Positions 39,931 through 60,616 of a stretch of 64,000 nucleotides of DNA are shown piece by piece; the first letter of the stretch is position 1, and every line of letters begins with the position of its first letter. The stretch lies in assembly GCA_002269645.1 (NCBI GenBank), contig NIVC01002859.1, positions 1 to 64,000 of the forward strand, given 5' to 3'. The translations under genes were made by a program, and so were the position numbers. The notes beneath the pieces were generated by a model. It worked only from the letters and a program-made list of their open reading frames with translations, did no database searches and had not been told where the DNA came from. This DNA is from Macrostomum lignano (lineage: Eukaryota).

Positions 39931-41566
39931 TAGCTTTGAGGCTCTTCATATTGCTTGTTCTGGTTCTAGAACCAGAACCAATTTGTAAAGTATAACTTTT
40001 TGTCTCCATAACTAGAGGGATATTAGTGCTTTAAAATTGTGATTATTGGATGGCAATAGCCAAGAAGAAAGTGAAAAATTGTGCAAAGTGAGGCTGTTAA
40101 GGCGGTCAAACATTCAACAAAGTTAAAAAGTTATACTGCTTTTTTTCTTGGAAATCCGAACCGATTCTGGTTCTGGAATCGATTGCCGTGAAAAGCCTCT
40201 TTCACAAACTTGTAACATCACATAGTATAAAGCTAAAATTGTTGGTCAATTTGAATTTGCTCGAAACTTCATATCGTCGAAAAGGCATCCATAGAACTCT
40301 TTTAGTTAAGTCGTAAGCCAGTGGAAGTGCCCAACAAGACTCTGACAATGTGAAGTTCTTGTAAAATTGTCTTACGACCATTAGTAGTTTTGACCTTACG
40401 AAGCCCCCACGTATCCATGGGATAAGGATACACCTCTTGAATTTCAAAGGAGTTATCAAATTTGGCATTGATTTTTAATAAATCCAAGTTTTTTATTTCA
40501 AAAACTTATCACAGATACATGTAGGTAACTCGCAAATGAATGCAACGGAAACTGAGAATCTCCTTGACCGTTTGACTCTAAATGTAGTTCTGAAATAAAA
40601 ATTATAGTAATTAAAAACAATTTTATACGAAGTCACTTTCGACAGCACTTTTTATGGGCGATACACTTTACTGCTTTGAAATAAAATTATAGCGCACAGG
40701 TTCAAGAATCTAAATGTTTGTATGGATTTTTTTAGAGGCAAAAAAGCGCGACAACAGGCGACACGGTACAACAAGTGACAGATAATATTAGAATGCGCTG
40801 TGCAAGCAAACGGAGTCGCGGAGAAATAAAATCATATCAGTATCGTTTGTTTTGTATCTAACGCAAAAACATGTCCAATATTGAAAGCCCGGTGGTTAAG
40901 ACGCTATGAGAGAGTAGAGCAATGCGCAGTCTATTAATGCAAGACAGATGACCATCTAAGTGCGGCTCATTCAAAATGTGCTTTGAAAAGCAGGAGTGTG
41001 CAGTGCAGCCAATCCAAATATAGCGTTAAAAAAGCAAATCAATAAACGGGTGAACAGCATCTGAGCGCCACACCAATCTACATGTAGGCCACGCTCCGAT
41101 GCCGTTGACAGCCGGAACGCATCAACCGAAAACGTACTGAATGGTATTAAACGACAATAAACAAAACGGAATAGTCAAGAGCTGCATGCAAATCAGTACT
41201 AAACATGGTGCCATCAATAATGGTCAGGAATAAAATCCAAAAGTGCATGCCTCTGTGTAAAATTAATCAAACTATATGTCGTCACCAATAACAGCCGCGA
41301 TTGGTAGTCCTTGATATAAGCGCAGATGTTTAATAGGAATTTAGGCGGTGAAAACAAAATGAAACCGAAAAATGCTGCGTTCCTACTTTCTAATAGTAGT
41401 AGTAGTATGTATGTATGTAGTAGCAGTATATAAAAATAGCAGAGGACAGAAGAAATGACAATTAACGATAATTAGACATACAGAGAAACTAGAATTGAAG
41501 TTGCAGAAAAGAAAATAATGCTAGGAATAAAGTTAATAATTCAAGTATGGCAAAGTTATTTAAACG

Positions 41567-48105
<6,539 letters not shown>

Positions 48106-48359
48106 TTCTTAATGTCCTTTTTTTGAATTGGAATTGTTATTAAAACAATTTATTTAACTGGCAGCCCAACAATGGGCATGCGAGGCCTCTATTTAGTTGT
48201 CAAGGACAGGCTGCGACTGGTCTCCCGCAGGTTGGGCCGGGCGATCTGCTTTGCCGATGATGGCAGGCATGCAAAAATCAAATTGGCGCGTTGGTGGCAT
48301 CCCCTGCTGACACTGACTACTGACACACTATCGAAAGGTAATTGGCAATAAGCTCTGGA

Positions 48360-49420
48360 CAATACTGACACATTATGGACATCTCACTACTGACACATTG
48401 TATTCATCTCACTACTGACACATTTTATACATCTCACTACTGACACATGGTATACATCTCACTACTGACACATTGTATACATCTCACTACTGACACATTT
48501 TATACATGTCACTACTGACAAATTTTATACATCTCACTACTGACACATTGTATACATCTCACTACTGACACATTTTATACATGTCACTACTGACAAATTT
48601 TATACATCTCACTACTGACACATTGTATACATCTCACTACTGACAAATTTTATACATCTCACTACTGACACATTTTATACATCTCACTACTGACACATTT
48701 TATACATCTCACTACTGACACATTTTATACATCTCACGATTGACACATTTTATACATCTCACTACTGACAAATTTTATACATCTCACTACTGACATATTT
48801 TATACATCTCACTACTGACACATTGTATACATCTCACTACTGACACATTGTATTCATCTCACTACTGACATATTTTATACATCTCACTACTGACACATTG
48901 TATTCATCTCACTACTGACATATTTTACATCTAGCCGCTGACCCATTTTAAACAGCCAACTACTGCCACATTTTAAACATTTAACAACTGACACATTTGA
49001 CACACCCAACTACTAAAAATTTTTATACATCTGACTGCTGACAAATTTTAAACATCAAACTGCTGACACATTTTAAGCATCAAACTGCTGACACATTTTA
49101 AGCATCCAACTGCTGACACATTTTATACATCCAATTGCTGACACATTTTATACATCCAATTGCTGACACATTTTAAACATCCAACTGCTGACACATTTTA
49201 CACATCCAACTGCTGACACATTTTAAGCATTCAACTGCTGACACATTTTATACATCCAATTGCTGACACATTTTAAACATCCAACTGCTGACACATTTTA
49301 CACATCCAATTGCTGACACATTTTAAACATTCAATTGCTGACTCATTTTATACATCTAACAGCTGACACATTTTAAGCATCCAACTGCTGACACATTTTA
49401 TACATCTTATTACTGACATA
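48360..49420. repeat. AT-rich minisatellite, about 23-24-bp unit
   Basis: ACATTTTATACATCTCACTACTGAC grading into ACATTTTAAACATCCAACTGCTGAC, upstream of CCDC186. Confidence 0.93.
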
Positions 49421-50399
49421 TTGAAAACATATATCTTGTAAATAAAGCTTTCGGTTGCACTTTAACATATTTCCGACACACACCAACGCATAATCCTTAT
49501 AAGGAGAATACTGTATAATGAAGCAAGCCAAACACAGATTGGAACAGGCCGATCAGAATCATAGCTGTTCAATTGGCTGTGAGAATTGTGTAATTTGAAA
49601 ATTCAAATCTCCAATAAAAATACTCAAAGCAGCTGTCTGCAATTAATTTAACGGAAAAAATGATTTAATTCGAAAACTGACTCGGTTTAAACAAAAACAA
49701 AACGGCATTAAGCAAACAACAATGATTTGTTTTTCTGCTTGTGTGGAAGCATTTTTGTGAGCTGAAAATAAGAGGCAGTTAAATATAAAAGAACAATGAC
49801 AAACAACCGCGTGAGTTCGTATGACAGAGATTAATAAATAATAGGCTGATGGCACCAGGCAGGTATTCGTTCCGACTAGGCACTTCACCAACTTTCTTTT
49901 AAAGAAAATTTACATCGAATTTAAAATTCGATTTTTCCCGTTGCTGCTTATTGAATTTAAAATAAAAGTAAAAATCATGGGAAAAGCATGCGCTAAGCTT
50001 AATACTTGCGAGTAGAGTGGTGCGAAAGTCAACAAGCGAACATGACAGCATATCCAGTGATCATAGATCCGAATAGCGGCAAGTTTAAGTAATGGATTAA
50101 GCACAGTTTCATTAATAATAAACCGAGCACACAGAAAGCGTACACACGAATTGCACCGAGTATTACATAAATAGCTGTTACTGAATACAGTAACCAACAT
50201 TGATAAAGAAATTCCCAAAGACCGAGGACAAATCAATATAAACAATCGTTTTCCAAAAGCGAATTCCGTCTACGCAACTAATGGTTTGCGCTTCGATAGC
50301 CCCACTCTGCTACTATAGTTAGTAGTAGCTTCTGATGGGCCTTTATCTGGCAATGCTAGGCTTCCAATCCAAAGGCCTGTCACTGCAGTAGTCCACGGT

Positions 50400-53300
50400 T
50401 CACACGTAGCCATTCTTAGGAGCCCGGATCATTGGGAACTCGGCCAGATCTTTGTCGCTGAGCTGTTGCAGCAGGTCGTCGGCCTTCTGCTGCTGGCTCT
50501 TCTCCAGCATCTGCTCGCTAGCCCTGTTGTGATACCAGCTCACAGTGCGGAATTCAGCGCAGACCAGCTCATCCAGGTAGGCTAGCAGGTAGGCAAAGGA
50601 GGCCCTGAGCCGAGGCTTCTGCACCCAGCAGCGGGTCATGAGCTCCATCATGAAGTCCGGGCTGTCCTCGGGCGGCTCCAGAGTTTTGCCCGACTTCACC
50701 AGATGAAGAACCTCCTCGTTGCTGCAACTGTTGAAGGGCTGCTGGGCCAGGGTGGCGATCTCCCACAGCACCACGCCGTAGGACCAAACATCCGTGGCTG
50801 TGGTGAAGCGGCCATCACGCAGCGACTCCGGCGCCATCCAGCGAATCGGCAGCGGCTCCTGGCCCTCCTTCACGTAATAGTCGGTGAAGTTGACGTCGCG
50901 AGTCATGCCGAAGTCTGCGCAAACAGAGCGGATGAGGGACCTATTTTCGCTCCAAAAATATCATTTAAGAACTTTTCCAGTTGCCAAAAGCAGGCTAATA
51001 AGTAAGCGACCCGGTTGGCTCTCATGGGTGTGAAATCGCTTTGCCCCTCATAGAAAATTCAAGCACATGCGGAAGCTCCGTTAGATTGAAGCATGAACGA
51101 GAACGACCTATCAAATTCGATGTACAGGTAAGTGCTTGACGCATAGATGAAGGAATTAGAAAGGATTGCTCGCTCGACTATAGAGGTTGGTCTATGGCCG
51201 AAACTCGTAACTCCTTAGCCAGCTACACTCTGCTATGCAAATCCGTGCCTGCCGGCTTGGTCAGCAGGGCTGGCCATAGACTATCGCTGCCACTTTCACA
51301 CTCTGCTATGCAAAGCCGTTCCTGCCGGCTTGGTCAGCAGGGCTGGCCATAGACTATCGCTGTCACTTTCACACTCTGCTATGCAAAGCCGTTCCTGCCG
51401 GTTTGGTCAGCAGGGCTGGCCATAGACTATCGCTGTCACTTTCACACTCTGCTATGCAAAGCCGTTCCTGCCGGCTTGGTCAGCAGGGCTGGCCATAGAC
51501 TATCGCTGCCACTTTCACACTCTGCTATGCAAAGCCGTTCCTGCCGGCTTGGTCAGCAGGGCTGGCCATAGACTATCGCTGTCACTTTCACACTCTGCTA
51601 TGCAAAGCCGTTCCTGCCGGTTTGGTCAGCAGGGCTGGCCATAGACTATCGCTGTCACTTTCACACTCTGCTATGCAAAGCCGTTCCTGCCGGCTTGGTC
51701 AGCAGGGCTGGCCATAGACTATCGCTGCCACTTTCACACTCTGCTATGCCAATCTGTTCCTGCCGGTTTGGTCAGCAGGGCTGGCCATAGACTATCGCTG
51801 TCACTTTCACACTCTGCTATGCAAAGCCGTTCCTGCCGGCTTGGTCAGCAGGGCTGGCCATAGACTATCGCTGCCACTTTCACACTCTGCTATGCCAATC
51901 CGTTCCTGCCGGTTTGGTCAGCAGGGCTGGCCATAGACTATCGCTGTCACTTTCACACTCTGCTATGCCAATCCGTTCCTGCCGGCTTGGTCAGCAGGGC
52001 TGGCCATAGACTATCGCTGCCACTTTCACACTCTGCTATGCCAATCCGTTCCTGCCGGTTTGGTCAGCAGGGCTGGCCATAGACTATCGCTGCCACTTTC
52101 ACACTCTGCTATGCCAATCCGTTCCTGCCGGTTTGGTCAGCAGGGCTGGCCATAGACTATCGCTGTCACTTTCACACCCTGCTATGCAAAGCCGTTCCTG
52201 CCGGCTTGGTCAGCAGGGCTGGCCATAGACTATCACTGTCACTTTCACACCCTGCTATGCAAAGCCGTTCCTGCCGGCTTGGTCAGCAGGGCTGGCCATA
52301 GACTATCGCTGCCACTTTCACACTCTGCTATGCAAAGCCGTTCCTGCCGGCTTGGTCAGCAGGGCTGGCCATAGACTATCGCTGTCACTTTCACACTCTG
52401 CTATGCAAAGCCGTTCCTGCCGGTTTGGTCAGCAGGGCTGGCCATAGACTATCGCTGTCACTTTCACACTCTGCTATGCAAAGCCGTTCCTGCCGGCTTG
52501 GTCAGCAGGGCTGGCCATAGACTATCGCTGCCACTTTCACACTCTGCTATGCCAATCTGTTCCTGCCGGTTTGGTCAGCAGGGCTGGCCATAGACTATCG
52601 CTGTCACTTTCACACTCTGCTATGCAAAGCCGTTCCTGCCGGCTTGGTCAGCAGGGCTGGCCATAGACTATCGCTGCCACTTTCACACTCTGCTATGCAA
52701 AGCCGTTCCTGCCGGCTTGGTCAGCAGGGCTGGCCATAGACTATCGCTGTCACTTTCACACTCTGCTATGCAAAGCCGTTCCTGCCGGTTTGGTCAGCAG
52801 GGCTGGCCATAGACTATCGCTGTCACTTTCACACTCTGCTATGCAAAGCCGTTCCTGCCGGCTTGGTCAGCAGGGCTGGCCATAGACTATCGCTGCCACT
52901 TTCACACTCTGCTATGCCAATCCGTTCCTGCCGGTTTGGTCAGCAGGGCTGGCCATAGACTATCGCTGTCACTTTCACACTCTGCTATGCAAAGCCGTTC
53001 CTGCCGGCTTGGTCAGCAGGGCTGGCCATAGACTATCGCTGCCACTTTCACACTCTGCTATGCCAATCCGTTCCTGCCGGTTTGGTCAGCAGGGCTGGCC
53101 ATAGACTATCGCTGTCACTTTCACACTCTGCTATGCCAATCCGTTCCTGCCGGCTTGGTCAGCAGGGCTGGCCATAGACTATCGCTGCCACTTTCACACT
53201 CTGCTATGCCAATCCGTTCCTGCCGGTTTGGTCAGCAGGGCTGGCCATAGACTATCGCTGCCACTTTCACACTCTGCTATGCCAATCCGTTCCTGCCGGT

Positions 53301-56300
53301 TTGGTCAGCAGGGCTGGCCATAGACTATCGCTGTCACTTTCACACCCTGCTATGCAAAGCCGTTCCTGCCGGCTTGGTCAGCAGGGCTGGCCATAGACTA
53401 TCACTGTCACTTTCACACCCTGCTATGCAAAGCCGTTCCTGCCGGCTTGGTCAGCAGGGCTGGCCATAGACTATCGCTGCCACTTTCACACTCTGCTATG
53501 CAAAGCCGTTCCTGCCGGCTTGGTCAGCAGGGCTGGCCATAGACTATCGCTGTCACTTTCACACTCTGCTATGCAAAGCCGTTCCTGCCGGTTTGGTCAG
53601 CAGGGCTGGCCATAGACTATCGCTGTCACTTTCACACTCTGCTATGCAAAGCCGTTCCTGCCGGCTTGGTCAGCAGGGCTGGCCATAGACTATCGCTGCC
53701 ACTTTCACACTCTGCTATGCCAATCTGTTCCTGCCGGTTTGGTCAGCAGGGCTGGCCATAGACTATCGCTGTCACTTTCACACTCTGCTATGCAAAGCCG
53801 TTCCTGCCGGCTTGGTCAGCAGGGCTGGCCATAGACTATCGCTGCCACTTTCACACTCTGCTATGCCAATCCGTTCCTGCCGGTTTGGTCAGCAGGGCTG
53901 GCCATAGACTATCGCTGTCACTTTCACACTCTGCTATGCCAATCCGTTCCTGCCGGCTTGGTCAGCAGGGCTGGCCATAGACTATCGCTGCCACTTTCAC
54001 ACTCTGCTATGCCAATCCGTTCCTGCCGGTTTGGTCAGCAGGGCTGGCCATAGACTATCGCTGCCACTTTCACACTCTGCTATGCCAATCCGTTCCTGCC
54101 GGTTTGGTCAGCAGGGCTGGCCATAGACTATCGCTGTCACTTTCACACCCTGCTATGCAAAGCCGTTCCTGCCGGCTTGGTCAGCAGGGCTGGCCATAGA
54201 CTATCACTGTCACTTTCACACCCTGCTATGCAAAGCCGTTCCTGCCGGCTTGGTCAGCAGGGCTGGCCATAGAATATCGCTGCCACTTTCACACTCTGCT
54301 ATGCCAATCCGTTCCTGCCGGTTTGGTCAGCAGGGCTGGCCATAAGACTATCGCTGTCACTTTCACACTCTGCTATGCCAATCCGTTCCTGCCGGTTTGG
54401 TCAGCAGGGCTGGCCATAGACTATCGCTGCCACTTTCACACTGCTATGCCAAGCCGTTCTTGCCGGCTTGGTCAACAGGCCCAATGCCTGTAAAGCCGTT
54501 CCTGCTGAGAAGGGAGCGCTTTATCTATACAAATTTTGTATAGTTTCAAGGGCCGTTGGTAGTAAGCCGATGTAATATATAGTATTGCGTCAGACAGGCT
54601 CTTAACGGAGAAACAGAGATTATCTTGGTCGAAATAATTTCGTTTGAAAAAAAAAACTGTGCTCTGTCAATAAATCCAAGACATGTCTTGTCACACAACT
54701 TCACAAATTGATATTGTTACTAAAAACTCACCGCCAATTTTAACGGAATAATTCTGCGTAACCATGCAGTTCCTGGCGGCTAGGTCTCTGTGAATGTACT
54801 TCTTAGTCTCCAGGTAGTACATGCCATCGGCAATCTGAGCGCACCAGGTGGCCAGCAGCCGCCTGTCCGGCCGCGGCCGGCGCTCCGGCGGCTCAGCATC
54901 GTCGCGCATGCTGCGCAGGCAATTCTTCAAATCGCCGTTCTCCATCAGCTCCATGAGCACCAGGGTTGGCACGTTCTCCGACACGACGCCTATTAGGCGG
55001 ACAACGTGAGCGCATTGGCGAAATTTTTTCATATGCGCCGCCTCCCTGAGGAACTCGTGCCGCTCACGCGGGCTGGCCTTCTCGCTGACGTTCTTCACCG
55101 CCACCTGGACGTCCTCGGTCCGCCCGATGTAGCGCGCGGCAGGCGTGTTCAGCGACCGGACCACGCCTCTGCGGGTTGGAAGAGACCAGGTGACGGCTGT
55201 CACGAATCATCAGGATAGGTCAAGAGGGTCAGCTGATCTCTGAGATGGGTCAAGAGGGTCAACTGATCTCTGAGATGGGTCAAGAGGGTCAACTGATCTC
55301 TGAGATGGGTCAAGAGGGTCAACTGATCTCTGAGATGGGTCAAGAGGGTCAGCTGATCTCTGAGATGGGTCAAGAGGGTCAGCTGATCTCTGAGATGGGT
55401 CAAGAGGGTCAACTGATCTCTGAGATGGGTCAAGAGGGTCAGCTGATCTCTGAGATGGGTCAAGAGGGTCAACTGATCACTGGGATGGGTCAAGAGGGTC
55501 AGCTGATCTCTGAGATGGGTCAAGAGGGTCAGCTGATCTCTGAGATGGGTCAAGAGGGTCAACTGATCTCTGAGATGGGTCAAGAGGGTCAACTGATCTC
55601 TGGGATGGGTCAAGAGGGTCAACTGATCTCTGAGATGGGTCAAGAAGGGCAAATGATCTCTGAAGTGGGTCAAGAAGGGCAAATGATCTCTGAGGTGGGT
55701 CAAGAAAGGCAAATGATTTCTGAGAAGGGTCAAGAAGGGCAAATGATCTCTGAGATGGGTCAAGAAGGGCAACTGATCTCTGAGATGGGTCAAGAAGGGC
55801 AAATGATCTCTGAGATGGGTCAAGAAGGGCAAATGATCTCTGAGATGGGTCAATAAGGGCAACTGATCTCTGAGATGGGTCAAGAGGGTCAACTGATCTC
55901 TGAGATGGGTGAAGATGGGCCACTGATCTCTGAGATGGGTGAAGATGGGCCACTGATCTCTGAGATGGGTCAAGAAGGGCAACTGATCTCTGAGATGGGT
56001 CAAGAGGGTCAACTGATCTCTGGGATGGGTCAAGAGGGTCAACTGATCTCTGAGATGGGTCAAGAGGGTCAGCTGATCTCTGAGATGGGTCAAGAGGGTC
56101 AACTGATCTCTGAAATGGGTCAAGAGGGTCAACTGATCTCTGAGATGGGTGAAGATGGGCCACTGATCTCTGAGATGGGTCAAGAACGCACTGATCTCTG
56201 AGATGGGTCAAGAAGGGCAACTGATCTCTGAGATGGGTCAAGAGGGTCAACTGATCTCTGAGATGGGTCAAGAGGGTCAACTGATCTCTGAGATGGGTGA

Positions 56301-59300
56301 AGATGGGCCACTGATCTCTGAGATGGGTCAAGAACGCACTGATCTCTGAGATGGGTCAAGAAGGGCAAATGATCTCTGAGATGGGTCAAGAACGCACTGA
56401 TCTCTGAGATGGGTCAAGAAGGGCAAATGATTTCTGAGATGGGTCAAGAAGGGCAAATGATCTCTGAGATGGGTCAAGAGGGTCAACTGATCTCTGAGAT
56501 GGGTCAAGAGGGTCAACTGATCTCTGAGATGGGTCAAGAACGCACTGATCTCTGAGATGGATCAAGATCGGCCACTGATCTCTGAGATGGGTCAAGAACG
56601 CACTGATCTCTGAGATGGATCAAAGGGTTAGCTGTTCAAAGAAATGCAAGATATTAATCAGGGTTCAGCGCAAAGAGCAGATGGGCAGACCTGTACACGC
56701 AGCCAAACGAGCCATTGCCAATGAGATCATCGCTACAGTAAGTGACTTGATCTCTGGGCACTTCCCATTCGTCAGGCTCGTACGAGAAGCTCCAGTACTC
56801 GGGATTCTGCGTTACAATCGTGTCCTTCTGCTGGCAGCGGCGGCAGCGAAGCCACCAGCAGATCAGGCAGGCCAGTAAAGCGACGGCCGGAGCTCCGGCC
56901 AGCAGCAGCGGCGCCAGGCCCGACAGCAGCCAGTGCGAGCTGGCAGCTCCGACCACGTCTACAACGGTGACATTCGACCAGTCGCCTGGGCCCTGCAGGG
57001 TGAAGGCCCTGACGCGGACAAAATAGCGGCCGGCGGCCAGATTTCTGAGCACTATGCCGCCAATCCGGCTGTCGCTGGAGTTCCGGTTAGCAACGTCCCG
57101 CCTAGTCCGGCCCCGGCCCAGCCAGTCCTGATATGAGACGCAGATGTACTGGCCGCGCTGCGAGCTGCCGGTGTCCGAGACTGACGTCGCGCTGCCGGCC
57201 GGCCGGGCGTCCACCTCATAGTATTTGACTGCTCCGTTGGGCCTGGCCGGGCGGCGCCACAGCAGCCGGAGGGTGAAGGGCGAGTCGGCCTGGGAGCGGA
57301 CCTCTGGGACGACGTCGGCAGTTGGACTGGCCGAGGTGCGCACCATCAGCCTGGCGGGGTGGGAGCAGAACCGCGTGTCGGCCGGGCCGCCCTGGCAGGC
57401 CACGACCTTCGGGATGTTCGCAGCCAGTGACAGTTGGTTGAGCGGGCTCATATGGACTAATCGACTAATTGTGCGGTGACCTAATCAACTAATTGTGCGT
57501 TGACCCTAGTCGACTAATTGTGGGGTGACCTAATCGACTAATTGTGCGGTGACCTAATCAACTAATTGTGCGGTGACCTAATCAACTAATTGTGCGGTGA
57601 CCTAATCAACTAATTGTGCGTTGACCCTAGTCGACTAATTGTGCGGTGACCTAATCGACTAACTGTGCAGTGACCTAATCGACTAATTGTGCGGTGACCT
57701 AATCGACTAACTGTGCAGTGACCTAATCGACTAATTGTGCGGTGACCTAATCGACTAATTGTGCGGTGACCTAATCGACTAATTGTGCAGTGACCTAATC
57801 GACTAATTGTGCAGTGACCTAATCGACTAATTGTGCGGTGACCTAATCGACTAATTGTGCGGTGACCTAATCGACTAATTGTGCAGTGACCTAATCGACT
57901 AATTGTGCAGTGACCTAATCGACTAATTGTGCGGTGACCTAACTAATTGTGCGGTGACCTAATCGACTAACTGTGCAGTGACCTAATCGACTAATTGTGC
58001 GGTGACCTAATCGACTAATTGCGCAGTGACCTAATCGACTAATTGTGCGGTGTCCTAATCGACTAATTGTGCGGTGTCCTAATCGACTAATTGTGCGGTG
58101 ACCTAACTAAGTGGGCAGTGACCTTACTGAAATCTGATTGACTAATTTTTGTCAGTGCTTCAATCTCTAATAGCTAATTTTTCCAACTTTCACAAACCTA
58201 GTAGTAAGCATTAAGGCTTTATCTACATAGCATAATTTATAACTCACGGTGAAGGCGTACTGCACAAAATAATTCAATCCCTTAGCCACAAAGGCTGTTG
58301 TATTGGCAATCAGGTAGCCATCTGGCTGCAATCTACTATTGTCAGCATTGCTCTTCACCAATTTGAGAATAGAATCGGGACATAGTGAGCAGCTTCTATG
58401 TAAACTGGCAAACAGGTCAGCACTGGTGTCGGCTACAGGCGGCAGCTCTTTGTTGCCTTCAATCATTCTCAATGCGTCTTTGTCGAAGCTATTGAAGTCG
58501 CCGCCGCTTTTTGACAGAGTCGTGGCCGACAGCTCAGTGGTTCGGACGTCCTCCGTGGAACTGAAATTCGGGGTTTGAAAGGGAGCACTGCAAGGATACC
58601 GGTGCGCTACGCCAATTCTCACACCGCTGCTGCTCACCTCTATCTCTACTCTCCCTGTCTCCTTTCCCTTCTTTTCCTGTCTCCTTTCCCTTCTTTTCCT
58701 GTCTCCTCCCCCTTCTTTGCCTGTCTCCTCTCCCTTCTTTGCCTGTCTCCTCTCCCTTCTTTGCCTGTCTCCTCCCCCTTCTTTGCCTGTCTCCTCCCCC
58801 TTCTCTCCCTGTCTCCTCTCCCTTCTTTGCCTGTCTCCTCTCCCTTCTCTCCCTGTCTCCTCTCCCTTCTCTCCCTGTCTCCTCTCCCTTCTCTCCCTGT
58901 CTCCTCCCCCTTCTTTGCCTGTCTCCTCTCCCTTCTTTGCCTGTCTCCTCTCCCTTCTTTGCCTGTCTCCTCTCCCTTCTTTGCCTGTCTCCTCCCCCTT
59001 CTTTGCCTGTCTCCTCTCCCCTCTTTGCCTGTCTCCTCCCCCTTCTTTGCCTGTCTCCTCTCCCTTCTTTGCCTGTCTCCTCTCCCTTCTTTGCCTGTCT
59101 CCTCCCCCTTCTTTGCCTGTCTCCTCTCCCCTCTTTGCCTGTCTCCTCCCCCTTCTTTGCCTGTCTCCTCTCCCTTCTTTGCCTGTCTCCTCTCCCTTCT
59201 TTGCCTGTCTCCTCTCCCTTCTTTGCCTGTCTCCTCCCCCTTCTTTGCCTGTCTCCTCCCCCTTCTCTCCCTGTCTCCTCTCCCTTCTTTGCCTGTCTCC

Positions 59301-60532
59301 TCCCCCTTCTCTCCCTGTCTCCTCCCCCTTCTTTGCCTGTCTCCTCTCCCTTCTCTGCCAGTCACCTCTCCCTTCTCTCCCTGTCTCCTCTCCCTTCTTT
59401 GCATGTCTCCTCTCCCTTCTCTCCCTTCTCTCCCTGTCTGCTCTCCCCTCTCTGCCAGTCTCCCCTATCCCCTCTCTTCCAGTCTCCTCTCCCCTCTCTC
59501 CGTCAATACGCTGTTACTTCTCCTCTCTCTATCCTCCTCCTCTATCCAATTGTCTCGTCTCTCCCTCATGGATATATCTGTCTTATCACTCCCCAGTCCT
59601 GTATCTAACCCAATCTCTAACATATCTCGCTCTTTTCTGTCTCATAGCCTCTCTCATAGCAAAGCGGCATACAGAACAGCAGCAAGCAACAAGCTGCAAC
59701 TACAACAAGCTAAGCAACACAAGGCAATAAAAAAGGTTCACAAATTAATCCCCAATCCTAGGCTAAGGGAAGCTTTACGCTGTGTTAGGATCAATATGGA
59801 TAAACAAAGTGCAAATATTGAACAGCTTCAACTTGCACTACAATATTGATAGACTGTACTACATGTACAATGGAAACAATAAATTCAACAATTTATGACA
59901 AAAGAATCTCCTATCCAGCACTAAAATAACATCGAGCTGCCAGTTAAAGCGACTCAATCCGATTAAATAATGACCAGCATATATCAATTCTGATGAAGAT
60001 TGCAGACAATTCATACAATAATTATGCCGACTGATAGCTTAGCCAGCTCCGTTACAATGTGCACTTTTTGCGCTAACATAGAAAACCTGTTTTTAATGTG
60101 CCGCTTTGTTTGCAGAGTGCCCCGCCGCTGCGACTGCTGCTTGGGCAAAGCGCAGTTGGGACAGAAAATCTCTGTCGCTTTTTCAGCCACGTCATCGGAG
60201 AATATTTCAGGGGGCGGCATGCAGTTCTCATCGGATGGCGCGCACTGGCTGCAATAAGTTTCGGGTTTCGGGTGACGGGTCAGCGGGCTGGCTAAGCAGC
60301 AATGCTGCTGGGTCTCTCGCTGGGTGTCAATTTTTTACCGAATTGTGCTCAGCTGGACAGGCGTAGGTTATGCACAGACTGACAGGGAGACAGGCATTGA
60401 AATTGATGAACAGACAGACAGACTGACAGGGAGACAGGCATTGAAATTGATGAACAGACAGACACACTGACAGGGAGACAGGCATTGAAATTGATGAACA
60501 GACAGACAGACAGACAGACAGACAGTAAGACT

Positions 60533-60616
<84 letters not shown>

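Noticed and set aside
51228-54470. CRISPR-like array
   Set aside because: Contiguous tandem units with no unique spacers, eukaryotic intron context, no cas genes.
55200-56595. ORFs of THLRDQL and MGQEGQ repeats, plus those at 58575-59849
   Set aside because: Translations of intronic minisatellites.
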